Position numbers and translations under genes: made by a program
Part shown: positions 1 through 12,800 of the stretch, piece by piece
How the letters are laid out: each line of letters opens with the position of its first letter
Position numbering within the stretch: the stretch's first letter is position 1
Notes under the pieces: generated by a model
The model's database searches: none
Told to the model about the DNA's origin: nothing
The model's input: the letters and a program-made list of their open reading frames with translations, nothing else
Assembly (NCBI RefSeq): GCF_006345805.1
Contig: NC_043022.1
Coordinates: forward strand, 20,398,001-20,462,000
DNA: 64,000 bases
DNA from: Octopus sinensis
Lineage: Eukaryota
Direction of reading: 5' to 3'

Positions 1-944
1 TAATTTCACAAGCAAGATGTTCGATTGATCAGATCAACTGGAACACCTGTCATCGTAATTGACAGTAACAGCATGCACATAAAATGTGAAATCGTAAAGT
101 GCAAGAATGCAGGTGTGTATGTCTGTGCATTTGTACAAATATTCACAATAGGACTGTACTAGACTGGGCTTAACTCTGTCATGGCCCCATGACTCATAAG
201 GCAAGTGCTTAACTAGGTTTCCTTGGCGTGTACGTGATTGATTTGACTTAATTCTCAATCCCTTTGAAGGGGACACCGGTCCATCATAGAGTGAACTTCC
301 CAGATATTACTGGAACTCATTAACAGTTGAGTGGAGTGGAGCAACGTGATATGAAGCTTTTTTTCTCAAAAACACAACTCACCACTCAGTCTGGGGATTG
401 AAACCGTGATATTACGATCATGAATGCAACACCCATAGCCACTAGGCCACGCCTTCATACAGTACAGAAATAGGCACAATATATACATAAATGAACCACT
501 GAGATCAACTTTGCCTTTCATCCTTTTGGAGTCTTAACCTAGAGCACTGGTGGTGATGGTGGGGGGGGCAGTAGAGCGGTGGTGGTGGGGGCAGTAGAGC
601 GGTGGTGGGGGGGGCAGTATAGCACTGGTGGTGGGGGGGGCAGTAGAACACTGGTGGTGGTGGTGGGGTAATGTAATCAATTTACCCACTCCCTGAAAAG
701 GTTGGCTTTCTGTCAGATTTTGTAACCAATATGTACATAAATGTTGTTTTGCATTTTCATGAACACTTGGGATGCAAACATACTTCTAGATATAAATAGG
801 TCGACACATACAGTTAGGCTGACACACAAGTGTCTGTGCATATCTTCAATTTCTTATGTATTTATATGTGCATATCTGTGCATTAATGGCCAACATTGAT
901 ACATAATACACTGTGTAACACAGTTATTGTCCTTTGGTACGAAT

Positions 945-1171
945 TACTCTTTACTCTTTTACTTGTTTCAGTCATTTGACTGTGGCCATGCTGGAGCACC
1001 GCCTTTTAGTCGAGCAAATCGACCCCGGGACTTATTCTTTGTAAGCCCAGTACTTATTCTATCGGTCTCTTTTGCCGAACCGCTAAGTAACGGGGACATA
1101 AACATACCAGCATCGGTTGTCAAGCGATGTTGGGGGGGACAAACACAGATACACAAACACACGCACCACAC

Positions 1172-1222
<51 letters not shown>

Positions 1223-1383
1223 ACAGGCTTCTTTCAGTTTCCATCTACCAAATCCACTCACAAGGCTTTGGTCGGCCCGAGGCTATAGTAGAAGACACTT
1301 GCCCAAGGTGCCACGCAGTGGGTCTGAACCTGGAACCGTGTGGTTGGTAAGCAAGCTACTTACCACACAGCCACTCCTATGCC
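945..1383 (-). mobile_element. SINE-A (tRNA-derived head, CORE-like block caccttgggcaagtgtc); representative of about 20 copies
   Basis: Head ggcg(c/t)aggagtggctgtgtggtaag...gggttcagtccc; tail ...gaaacaagtaaaaga. Other copies near 6604-7530, 9855-10132, 13002-13385, 17963-18325, 19264-19685, 32427-32770, 35603-35987, 37826-38610, 44933-45215, 45660-46047, 47455-47845, 51697-52040, 59560-59760, 61045-61440, 61980-62405. Confidence 0.85.
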
Positions 1384-2569
1384 TATTTGTTATTTTCTAT
1401 TTGAAAAATAGCTAATATTTCCTTCAAACTTTGCTTTTGTTACATTTATTCAAACCCCAAGGAATCCCTTTCAACACATGGCTATTATGCTCCCCACCTA
1501 CTCTTGCTCATGATCAGAGATGCACATATTGACAGTCACTAAGGGACATGCTCAAAGATCAAGCAACTGACAAGCAAATCTGTAGTATTGTGCAGAATAT
1601 TTGCTATAATGATATTTCTGCTTCAGTAACTCAGCACTGAATCTTTCTGAAATGTAACAGAAAATTAGTCAGTTTCAAAACATTGACGTCCAGGTCACAG
1701 AAGCAAAGTTTGAAGGGAGTAATAGTTATTTCCTTTGATTTCTAGACAAGAGTAAATAGGAAATAGCACTTAGTAGAAAAAGACAAAAAAAATTTTTTAA
1801 TTGAAAGTTTGTTACACAGTGTTATATGACATATCGGGTACAATATATATGCATACATACATATATACACACCTACATACATACACAGTAGAAGTTAACC
1901 CATGAGTAAGACCATTTCCTTAAAACTAGAAAGTCTGTGCAGATGTTCTGAGAATCCAAGAAATTCCTTGGTGTGAGTTTCTTTTGAGTGAATAAAGTGT
2001 TGCACAGTACAGAATCCACTTTCCAGAGCTATCAGCTACAAAATCATTGGCACAACCGAGGTTAAAATGACCAGGAACAAACTGCACCATTTTTCTTTAA
2101 AAACAAGTTTGTTTTCTTCTAGAAGGGAAGTTCTAACCAGCACCAGTGGTCCTTCACTTTCAGTGGTTCACATGCTAGTTAAGCCATAGCTGGGATCCTA
2201 ACAGGCACTATCGCTTGGGGTTAAATTGGTTTTGCTTTGCATGTGTTTATATATATAAACGGCAAAATGTCTGTCTGCCTGTGTACTTTATACAAATCCA
2301 CAATTTTTCAGTTAGAGGGCTCGCACTTTCTACAGTCATTCAAAACCGTCCAAGGGTGGTTGTGCACATCTTTACATTTCCCCTGTCACCCCGCAAAGCC
2401 ATTAAAAAATCAATAGAAGTGACTTTTTTGTGAATTTTCTATCCAAAACCCAATCAAAATGCCTGAAACTTGATACGCCAATTGAGTACCAGCTAGCTGT
2501 ATGTGATTGGTCGGAGATTTGGACAGTACTTGCATGTATGTGTGCACGCATGCAGCTGTATATGTATGT

Positions 2570-3310
2570 ATACAGGTGGCACATAAAAAGCACCATTTGG
2601 GCGTGGCTGTTGCCAGTACCACCAAACTGTCCCTCATGCCAGTGGCATGTAAAAGCACCCACTACACTCTCGGAGTGGTTGGCATTAGGAAGGGCATCCA
2701 GCTGTAGAAACTCTGCCAGATCAGATCGGAGTCTGGTTCGCGAGACCTCAGTCAAATCGCCCAACCCATGCTAGCATGGAAAGCAGGCGTAAAATGATGA
2801 TGATGATGATGATGTATGTATGTATACACATACACACACACAAGACAGGCTTCTTTCAGTTTCTGTCAAGCAAACTTCACTCAGCAAGGATTTGATAGGC
2901 TCGGAGCTATAACAGAAGACACTTGCTGAAGGTACCATGCAGTGGGACTGAAGCAAGGACTACATTGTGGGGAAACAAGCTTCTTAACAATACTACCACA
3001 CCTTATTTCATCATCATCATCATCATCGTTTAGCGTCCGTTTTCCATGCTAGCATGGGTTGGACGGTTCAACTGGGGTCTGGGAAGCCAGAAGGCTTCAT
3101 CAGGCCCAGTCAAATCTGGCAGTGTTTCTACGGCTGGATGCCCTTCCTAACGCCAACCACTCCGTGAGTGTAGTGGGTGCTTTTTACGTGCCACCCGCAC
3201 AGGTGCCAGACAGAGCTGGCAAACGGTCACGAACGGATGGTGCTTTTTATGTGCCAGGCGAGGCTGGCAACGGACACGAACGGATGGTGCTTTTTACGTG
3301 CCACCGGCAC
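2570..3310. mobile_element. SINE-D copies (RTE-type 3' end ggttggcgttaggaagggcatccagc, (ATG)n tail)
   Basis: Copies at 2570-2815(+), 3010-3310(-), 45285-45590, 46165-46415, 47965-48215, 51400-51610, 52375-52620(+), 58455-58705(+), 63910-64000. Confidence 0.8.
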
Positions 3311-3437
3311 GATTTTATTTATATTTTTTTACCTATATCTACTAAATCAGAACTGGCTTGAAGCTTAACAACATCAACAACATAAATAAACAATAACAGT
3401 CACAACAAACAAACATTGAATTCTATATTGTAATAAT

Positions 3438-3660
3438 TACGAGGGGTCGCTGAAAAGTTCCTGGCCTTAATGATGTCATGAAAGGGTTGGTGGGAAGCCC
3501 AACATTCCGAGTTCTTTCACAGGACTTAAGAAAACTGAAGGACCACTGCAATAAGTGTGTGAATCTGAGAAGGGAATATGTTGAATAAAATCATAATTAA
3601 TTGATCCTCCTGTATTTTCTTTTACCCAAAGGCAGCAACTTTTCAGCACCCTCTTGCATA
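3438..3660 (+). mobile_element. mariner-derived MITE
   Basis: Ends tacgaggggtcgctgaaaagt / acttttcagcaccctcttgcata; internal CNKCVNLRREYVE* is a mariner C-terminus. Confidence 0.65.
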
Positions 3661-4552
3661 TGACAATAGAAGTAAAGAGAATAGGCCACCCACATAAGTT
3701 GGATTGTCTCCATTCTGGCGAGTTTTTCAATTTTTTTTCACTACAGTCCAAGAAATGATAGTGGGTGGGGGATAGTTTTTTGACACTGCCATGACACTGC
3801 ATCCTTTAAGGCCCTCATGCTTTCCGAAATCCGTCGAAACTGCACCTGATTATATATGCACTTTAGATGAGTTGTAGTGCACCTGAGTACTGTACACAAT
3901 GTTTATTATTATTATTATTAAAATTATTTTGAAAATTTATCATTCCCCCGTCCTGTCACCTCCAGACTGATTTTGGCTAATTTTTTTGGCACTCCACACT
4001 TGAAAATCGTGGGAGAAGCCTATTCAGTAAAACAAATAAATAAATTGAAAACATAATCAAACGAAAAGGTGATTTAAGGGAGATTTAGCTGTTGTTTCTA
4101 ACACATCGCATGACCACGATATCATTTTCGTTTCTTTTTCATTCTGATGAGTATTAATGTTTTATATTTTGGTTCCCATGGTTTTTAAGTGCATAATGCA
4201 ACAAAATAAGCCAAGGTCGGTTTGGAAGGGTGATGAAGTGGGGGGTGTAAAAAAACACAGACAATATTTCGTGTTTGTTCTTCTGTGTGTGTCTGTTCTG
4301 TTTTTATGTGTTGTGGAATGCAAATATAACGAAATTATGCCAACATAGTCGCATTTTAAACTTGAAGGAAAAAAGCTCGCACAGCCCATTAATTTTCTCT
4401 TTGCCATTTCGATACGTTAACTGATAGCTGACAAGGCAACAGGTACTCAAAGAAACTACCGAGTTCTATGTTATGATTTTTCGAGTCAAAGCGAAAGATT
4501 GCCAAAAACCATATATTTACAAAAAAATTATTCTTTCTATACAAAACTGCCC

Positions 4553-4843
4553 GGATCCTTTCACTTTGACCAGCAGATTTTAAAAATGCAAGAAATTTAA
4601 CAATAAATAGCTTACAAACTACAGAATTTTCTCAAGAAAGCCAAGAGAAAAAGATGTTTTATGTAACACATTATACCAGTATACCAGTGGGATCTTTTCA
4701 TTTGTGAGGCCACGAGTGGACTCAAATTGTTTGGTTAAGTAGGAAAAATCTGAAAAAACAGGCCTTGGAAATTAAAAGATCCTACCAGTATTTATTTACA
4801 AAGAAATTATTTTAAAAATCTGCCGGTCAAAGTGAAAAGATCC
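4553..4843. mobile_element. MITE, GG-terminal TIRs, 8-bp TSD (Merlin-like)
   Basis: TIRs ggatcctttcactttgacc.gcaga / tctgccggtcaaagtgaaaagatcc; TSD aactgccc at 4545-4552 and 4844-4851. Related internal sequence near 9340-9560 and 19080-19260. Confidence 0.75.
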
Positions 4844-5219
4844 AACTGCCCCACCCTGTCACTTCCATAGACTTGGTGGAAGAACAAATGGGGAAAATCT
4901 CCATGAAAACCAAGAAAATCCATCTTATGTGATCGTCCTGATCCGAAACTCCGCCGAGAAGAGAATGAAAAGTAATCTGTGTACTCACGTATAAATGATC
5001 CCTAAAACTACGAGGGATATGAGGAGATATATCGAGGGTTCAGTGAACGACAGAAGGTCTATCATGACGAACTGGAAGTCTAGGTTTTCGCTTCGAGACA
5101 GAAAGAGTTACGTTAAATACAGCAACAGCCGAACAGATTTGTCAACGTCTGTGACAAATGAGATTGTTGCTTGGCCGGTTTGTCTTCGGAAAGATATACA
5201 AATACAGAGCAAATGAAGC

Positions 5220-6005
5220 GTAAGAGGAGGGGGAGGAGGAACCGAAATTGAAGAGGGTGGAGGGAGAAGATGAGGAGAAGAAGCGGAGGAGGAGGAGTGA
5301 AGTGAAAAAGTAGGGAGAGAAGGGAGAGGAAAAGAGAGTAAAGAGAAGAAGCAGTAGAAGAAGGCGAGGACGTGGGAGAGAAGGAGTAAAGTGAGGAAGA
5401 AGAGGGAGAGGGACAGTTAAATGAAGAAGAAGTGGAGGAGAGTAAAATAAAGAAGAGAAGGGAGAAAAGGATAGTTAACTGAAGGATAGAGGGAGTAAAG
5501 TGAGGAAGAAGGGGAGAGGGGCAGTTAAATGAAGAAGAAGCGGAGGAGGGAAGTGAAGTAAAGAAGAGAAGGGAGAAAGGGACAGTTAAATGAAGGAGAG
5601 AGGGAGTAAAGTGAAAAACGAAGTGGCAGAGAGGAGGAGAGAGGGAGTAAAGTAAAGCAGACGACGAAGGGGAGGAGAAAAAACGGAATAAGCGAAGAAG
5701 AGTAAAGTAAAAAAAGAGAAGGGAGAAAGGGACAGTTAAATGAAGGAGAGAGGGAGTAAAGTGAAAAACGAAGTGGCAGAGAGGAGGAGAGAGGGAGTAA
5801 AGTAAAGCAGACGACGAAGGGGAGGAGAAAAACGGAATAAGCGAAGAAGAGTAAAGTAAAAAAGAGAAGGGAGAAAGGGACAGTTAAATGAAGGAGAGAG
5901 AGAGTAAAGTGAAAAAGGAGGTGGCAGAGAGGAGGATAGAGGGAGTAAAGTAAAGCAGACGACGAAGGGGAGGAGAAAAAACGGAATAAGCGAAGAAGGG
6001 GAGGC
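5220..6005. repeat. Polypurine tract with ~150-bp tandem units (x3)
   Basis: gtaaagtaaaaaaagagaagggagaaagggacagttaaatg... repeated at ~5563, 5703, 5852. Confidence 0.85.
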
Positions 6006-6039
6006 GGAACAATATATGGTGCAATGGTTATTATCATTA

Positions 6040-6480
6040 TTTTGTGGGTGTCGCTCTTGTTGTTGTTGTTGGTGGAGGTGGTGGATTTACGACGAAATGT
6101 CACGCAGACACGCATATTTGGTGATGGTGGTGGTGGTGGTGGTGACTATCAAGGTGGTGTCTATGATGGTGGTGGTAATGAGGGTTATGGTAGCGGTGGT
6201 AGTAGCGATATTGATAACGGGAGTTGGGGGGGTCATGGTGGTAGAAAGAATAGCGGCGAGGGTAAAGGTAATAGTGATATTGATAGAAGTGTTGATGATG
6301 GTGGTAGTGGTAGTGGCGGCGGCGTGGTTGTGATAGTGTTAGGATAGGATAGTGTTGTGATAGGAGGTGGTTGTGATAGTGTTATTGATAACAGCGGTGA
6401 TGTGGTTGTTGTTGTTGATGGTGGTGGTGATGGTGATGGTAGCAATGTTGATAGTGTAACACCTATCACAAGAGGTGATA
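6040..6480. repeat. (GGT/GAT/GTT)n low complexity
   Basis: Degenerate trinucleotide runs. Confidence 0.85.
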
Positions 6481-6700
6481 GGTGTTACATCGCTTTAATA
6501 TTATGAATTAGGAAATGGAAAATTATCGTAAGCAATCAGAACTGAAAATTTGAACAAAGTAAAGGAAAGCTTAAAAAGAATAAAAGTAGAATGTAAAAAC
6601 TTTAGCCGTGTGGTAAGCAGCTTACTTCCCAACCACATGGTTCCGGGTTTAGTCCCAATGCGTAGCACCTTGGGCAGGTGTCTTCTACTATAGACTCGGG

Positions 6701-7125
6701 GGCGATCTTTCGTCTCTAGTAGACCTTTCCGTCGATTTCCGTAAAAAAAGTTTTTTTTTTTTTTACATATGGGCTTGCGGGAACTTTTGAAGTAATATAC
6801 ATACATATACACATACACCGAGTAAAAAATTTCAGTTATCTCTCTCTTTCACACATTACTCTGTCTCTTCACACATACTAACAGAAGCACTTCACTTACA
6901 CAACATACTGTCTGTCTTCCACACCCCATCAAACACACACACACACACATGTACATCAATGCTTCCCATGCACGGTAACTTCAAAAGAACTTCCCTCGTC
7001 ATACAATCGCTTTCTCTTAGTCTCTTTCGCTCTCATTACTTCAAAAGTTCCCGCAAGCCCATATGTAAAAAAAAAAAATTTTTACGGAAATCGACGGAAA
7101 GGTCTACTAGAGACGAAAGATTGCC
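6701..7125. mobile_element. MITE A, ~100-bp TIRs, 8-bp TSD (Merlin-like)
   Basis: Ends ggcgatc.../...gattgcc; TSD gactcggg at 6693-6700 and 7126-7133. Confidence 0.85.
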
Positions 7126-7131
7126 GACTCG

Positions 7132-7341
7132 GGTACTACTTGAGAACAGTGGTCCGGCTGCGCGCACTTGCGTACTCGCGCATCCGCGCTAGCTAGTCAG
7201 GACAAGTCGATTCTTACTTCGTGTTTTTGTTTTATTTACTTTGCTAGGTAGTCGTTGTAGGATCGACTAGCCACGACTAGCTAGTGCGGATGCGCGAACA
7301 CGCGAGTGCGCGCACCGGGACCACACTTCTCAGGTAGTACC
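7132..7341. mobile_element. MITE B, GGTACTAC termini, 8-bp TSD (Merlin-like)
   Basis: ~70-bp GC-rich TIRs; TSD tagactcg at 6691-6698 and 7342-7349; inserted in a SINE-A copy. Confidence 0.85.
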
Positions 7342-7720
7342 TAGACTCGGGCCGACCAAAGCCTTGAGAGCGGATTTATTTGACGGAAACTGAAAGAAAC
7401 CTGTCGTATGCATGCATGCATGGATGGATCTGTTTTTGTCCCCCACCATTGCTTCATAACCGGTGCTGGTGTGTTTAAATCCCGTAACTTAGCGGTTCGA
7501 CAAAACAGACCGGTGGAATAAGTACCAGGCATTATGAGTGCGTGTATATACGGACATGCGTGTGTGTCCAGTTGTAAGGGTGTTAATGTTGACGGTGTTG
7601 TAGTGGTGGTGGTGGTGGTGGTAAACGGGGATGCTCACCATGACTAAACAAATTTTAATTCTTTCCAAGTCATGATTCCATTTGTCACAAGACTATTTAT
7701 CATCATCATCAGCAGCAGTA

Positions 7721-8110
7721 GTGGAGGCGCAATGGCCCAATGATTAGGGCAGCGGACTCGCGGTCGGAGGATCGCGGTTTCGATTCCCAGACCGGGCGTT
7801 GTGTGTGTTTATTGAGTGAAAACACCTAAAGCTCCACGAGGCTCCGGCAGGGGGGGGGGCGACCCCTGTTGTACTCTTTCGCTACAACTTTCTCTCACTC
7901 TTCTTCCTGTTTCTTGTCCCCGACTTCCTATGCAACCACCGCTGAGCCTGGATGCGCATTCATCCATCCGTCGATGCTCTCGGTGTCGGGCGTTGACCTG
8001 CTTTCTCTTCTGCGGGTCTTACGAATAGCAAAGGACCACGTTTCGGACTTCTCCCAAGAAGACGAAGACCGCTTCGCTCAACAGCAACAACAGCAGCAGC
8101 AGTAGCAACA
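7721..8110 (+). mobile_element. SINE-C (tRNA-like head gtggaggcgcaatggcc...gtttcgattccc) with (CAA/CAG)n tail
   Basis: A/B boxes present. Copies at 10318-10700 and 11704-12100; same head with other tails at 43430-43810(-), 48749-49065 and 59141-59440. Confidence 0.8.
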
Positions 8111-8543
8111 AGAACAACAACACTGACAACAACAGCAATATCAACACTGCAATAGCAGCAGCAGCAAGTTAAAGAATTAGTTTGTTTAGGTAATGCTTAG
8201 AAGAATAAAGTTTGCGAGTATTAAATACACACATATGTTGATCATCATTATTGTCGTCGTGGTCACTTTCCTGCTTCCATGCTTGTAGGGTTAGATGGAA
8301 TCGGCTGAGGCAGAATTTTTTACAGCTTAATGAATGAATCTTGTCTGTTTGACTGTCACTTTTCAATTTCTTCAATCTTTGTTCCAATTGATTTCATATT
8401 GGTGTAACGGTGTAGTTTTGTATGCTGATCGTTGACACGAAATTCATTTCCGTTAAACCAAGAAATAAAGAGTGAATAGCTTTTAAAGTTTGCAAATTGT
8501 GAGTAATTTTAGCCAATTCTAAGCCACAGACACATTGATGTCT

Positions 8544-8557
8544 GTTTCCATAGCAAC
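8544..8557. promoter_or_regulatory. RFX X-box consensus match (also 11132-11145 and 12536-12549)
   Basis: GTTTCCATAGCAAC matches GTTNCCATRGNAAC; identical in all three triplication units. Function unproven. Confidence 0.35.
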
Positions 8558-8899
8558 AAACCAAACATAAGAACTCTTTTGTCTGCGAGAAAGCATTGTG
8601 TTGAGAAATATATTCCATTTGCGTTGATGCTGTATTGTTACTTGTATCCTGGTCGTGAGACGTGTCAAAATTAACAGCGAAATAAGCCTCAAATCACGCA
8701 CTACCCTCCGCCCCTCCTCCCACACTGTTTTGCCTAATCGTATGACTTCCCCTGTGTAGAGTACAAATTCGCAAAACTTATCTGAAAATTCCAAAACAGG
8801 AAAAACTTATGAGGGATTATATGTCGTACGTTAAGCAGAATTTGATCTGTTTTCACTCATTCACTAATTAACGTAGGCTAACGACACTTAGTTCAGTGA

Positions 8900-9275
8900 C
8901 ACCGGCTCCGGCTGCAATTCAGTTCATTCACTGTTCAATAATATAACATTGTTAAATGTTTCTCGGCTGAAAGCGTGGTTTCAAAGAGGTCAAATTGTTG
9001 GTGTTCGTATGGCAGGCACAAGCGTGACGAAAACAGCTGAAATGTCTGATGTATCAAGAAGTAATGTCTCGAAAGTAATGACAGCCTTTGAAAAAGAGGG
9101 AAAAACCTCCTCGTCGAAACAAAACTCCAGAACCGTCGGACTCTTACGCAAATTATTAGAAAGGGTCACAAGAGTACAGCTCCCAAAATTACTGCAGAGC
9201 TTAATGACCACCCCGAGAACCCAGTTTCTACAAAAACTGTTTGCCAGGAGTTGCAGAAAACCTCTTGAAAGTTTA
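8900..9275 (+). mobile_element. Tc1-like transposase 5' fragment (partial copy at ~11480-11692)
   Basis: FQRGQIVGVRMAGTSVTKTAEMSDVSRSNVSKVMTAFEKEGKTSS paired-like HTH; frameshifted and truncated. Confidence 0.75.
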
Positions 9276-9818
9276 TAAATTCATTACTTCAACAACATAA
9301 TTCTCGTTGGTAAGAATAACATTTTTAAAATGGTTAAATTCGAAGGATTACTTTTGGATTTTTTCACTTTGACCGACAGATTTTTTAAAATAATTTCTCT
9401 GTAACTAAACACTTTTAAATTTCGTATACTGGTAGAATGTGTTACATAAAACATCTTTTTCTCTTGGCTTTCTTGAGAAAATTCTGTAGTTTGTAAGCTA
9501 TTTCTTGTTAAATTTCTTGCATTTCGGCAATTTCAACTAATCAATGACGTCTATTGACATGAATACAATTTCTGCTGTTCTTTGTCAACAACAATTTCTG
9601 TTAAACTTGGAAACTGTACAAATATATATATATATATATAGGAAAAAAGCATCAAGAATGGATTAAAATATTTTAATCCATTCTTGTTGCTTTTTTCCTA
9701 TTTGTAATCACCCCACTTGTCGTATGGTTAACACCATATAGATTTCCGGTGCATCCTAGTTAAGGACCATATTCATGTGAATTCATTAGAATCCACTTGA
9801 ATCTCAATTATTTAAACC

Positions 9819-9857
<39 letters not shown>

Positions 9858-12800
9858 CGCAGGAGTGGCTGTGTGGTAAGTAGCTTGTCTACCAACCACA
9901 TGGTTCCGGGTTCAGTCCCACTGCGTGGCACCTTGGGTAAGTGTCTTCTACTATAACCTCGGGCCTACCAAAGCCTTGAGACCGGATTTATTTGACGAAA
10001 CTGAAAGAAACCTGTCGTATGCATGGATGGATCTGTTTTTGCCCCCCCCCCCATTGCTTCATAATCGGTGCTGGTGTGTTTAAATCCCGTAACATAGCGG
10101 TTCGACAAAATAGACCGGTGGGATAAGTACCAGGCATTACGAGTGCGTGTAATACGGACATGCGTGTGTGTCCTGTTGTAAGGGTGTTAATGTTGACGGT
10201 GATGTAGTGGTGATGGTGGTGGTGAACGGGGATGTTCACCATGACTAAACAAATTTTAATTCTTTCCAAGTCATGATTCCATTTGTCACAAGACTATTTA
10301 TCATCATCATCAGCAGTAGTGGAGGCCCAATGGTTAGGACAGCGGACTCGCGGTCGGAGGATCGCGGTTTCGATTCCCAGACCGGGCGTTGTGTGTGTTT
10401 ATTGAGCGAAAACACCTAAAGCTCCACGAGGCTCCGGCAGGGGGGTGGGGTGGCGACCCCTGTTGTACTCTTTCGCTACAACTTTCTCTCGCTCTTTCTT
10501 CCTGTTTCTTGTCCCCGACTTCCTATGCAACCACCGCTGATCCTGGATGCGCATTCATCCATCCGTCGATGCTCTCGGTGTCGGGAGTTGACCTGCTTTC
10601 TCTTCTGCGGGTCTTACGAATAGCAAAGGACCACGTTTCGGACTTCTCACAAGAAGACGAAGACCGCTTCGCTCAACAGCAACAGCAGCAGCAGTAGCAA
10701 CAAGAACAAGAACAACAACACTGACAACAACAGCAACATCAACAGCTGCAAGTTAAAGAATTAGTTTTTTTAGGTAATGCTTAGAAGAATAAAGTTTGCG
10801 AGTATTAAATACACACATATGTTGATCATCATTATTGTCGTCATGGTCACTTTCCTGCTTCCATGCTTGTATGGGTTAGATGGAATCGGCTGAGGCAGAT
10901 TTTTTTACAGCTTAATGAATGAAACTTGTCTGTTTGACTGTCACTTTTCAATTTCTTCAATCTTTGTTCCAATTGATTTCATATTTGGTGTAACGGTGTA
11001 GTTTTGTATGCTGATCGTTGACACGAAATTCATTTCCGCTATAAACCAAGAAATAAAGAGTGAATAGCTTTTAAAGTTTGCAAATTGTGAGTAATTTTAG
11101 CCAATTCTAAGCCACAGACACATTGATGTCTGTTTCCATAGCAACAAACCAAACATAAGAACTCTTTTGTCTGCGAGGAAGCATTGTGTTGAGAAATATA
11201 TTCCATTTGCGTTGATGCTGTATTGTTACTTGTATCCTGGTCGTGAGATGTGTCAAAATTAACAGCGAAATAAGCCTCAAATCACGCACTACCCTCCGCC
11301 CACACTGTTTTCCCTAATCGTATGACTTCCCCTGTGTAGAGTACAAATTCGCAAAAATTATCTGAAAATTCCAAAACAGGAAAAACTTATGAGGGATTAT
11401 ATGTCGTACGTTAAGCAGAATTGGATCTGTTTTCACTCATTCACTAATTAACGTAGGCTAACGACACTTAGTTCAGTGACACCGGCTCCGGCTGCAATTC
11501 AGTTCATTCACTGTTCAATACAATAACATTGTTAAATGTTTCTCGGCTGAAAGCGTGGTTTCAAAGAGGTCAAATTGTTGGTGTTCGTATGGCAGGCACA
11601 AGCGTAACGAAAACTGCTGAAATGTCTGATGTATCAAGAAGTAATGTCTCGAAAGTAATGACAGCCTTTGAAAAAGAGGGAAAAACCTCCTCGCAGCAGC
11701 AGTAGTGGAGGCGCAATGGCCCAATGATTAGGGCAGCGGACACGCGGTCGGAGGATCGCGGTTTCGATTCCCAGACCGGGCGTTGTGTGTGTTTATTGAG
11801 CGAAAACACCTAAAGCTCCACGAGGCTCCGGCAGGGGGTGGTGGCGACCCCTGTTGTACTCTTTCGCCCCCAACTTTCTCTCACTCTTTCTTCCTGTTTC
11901 TTGTCCCCGACTTCCTATGCAACCACCGCTGATCCTGGGTGCGCATTCATCCATCCGTCGATGCTCTCGGTGTCGGGAGTTGACCTGCTTTCTCTTCTGC
12001 GGGTCTTACGAATAGCAAAGGACCACGTTTCGGACTTCTCCCAAGAAGACGAAGACCGCTTCGCTCAACAGCAACAACAGCAGCAGCAGTAGCAACAAGA
12101 ACAACAACACTGACAACAACAGCAATATCAACAACTGCAATAGCAGCAGCAGCAAGTTAAAGAATTAGTTTGTTTAGGTAATGCTTAGAAGAATAAAGTT
12201 TGCGAGTATTAAATACACACATATGTTGATCATCATTATTGTCGTCGTGGTCACTTTCCTGCTTCCATGCTTGTATGGGTTAGATGGAATCGGCTGAGGC
12301 AGAATTTTTTACAGCTTAATGCATGAATCTTGTCTGTTTGACTGTCACTTTTCAATTTCTTCAATCTTTGTTCCAATTGATTTCATATTTGGTGTAACGG
12401 TGTAGTTTTGTATGCTGATCGTTGACACGAAATTCATTTCCGCTATAAACCAAGAAATAAAGAGTGAATAGCTTTTAAAGTTTGCAAATTGTGAGTAATT
12501 TTAGCCAATTCTAAGCCACAGACACATTGATGTCTGTTTCCATAGCAACAAACCAAACATAAGAACTCTTTTGTCTGCGAGGAAGCATTGTGTTGAGAAA
12601 TATATTCCATTTGCGTTGATGCTGTATTGTTACTTGTATCCTGGTCGTGAGATGTGTCAAAATTAACAGCGAAATGAGCCTTAAATCACGCACTAAAACC
12701 CCCCAGTTTTGCCTAATCGTATGACTTCCCCTGTGTAGAGTACAAATTCGCAAAAATTATCTGAAAATTCCAAAACATGAAAAACTTATGAGGGATTATA

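Noticed and set aside
1600-2200. Possible exons (minus-strand acceptor at ~1647; short open frames at 1930-2090)
   Set aside because: Short frames, no recognisable homology and no partner exons; cannot be supported.
7726-7800. tRNA genes at SINE heads (e.g. 7726, 31798, 48752, 59143, 63040)
   Set aside because: A/B boxes are present but there is no complete cloverleaf, and they continue into SINE bodies.
7869-12092. Three ORFs ending in poly-Q (KDHVSDFSQEDEDRFAQQQQ)
   Set aside because: They read through SINE-C and its (CAA/CAG)n tail; repeated only because of the triplication.
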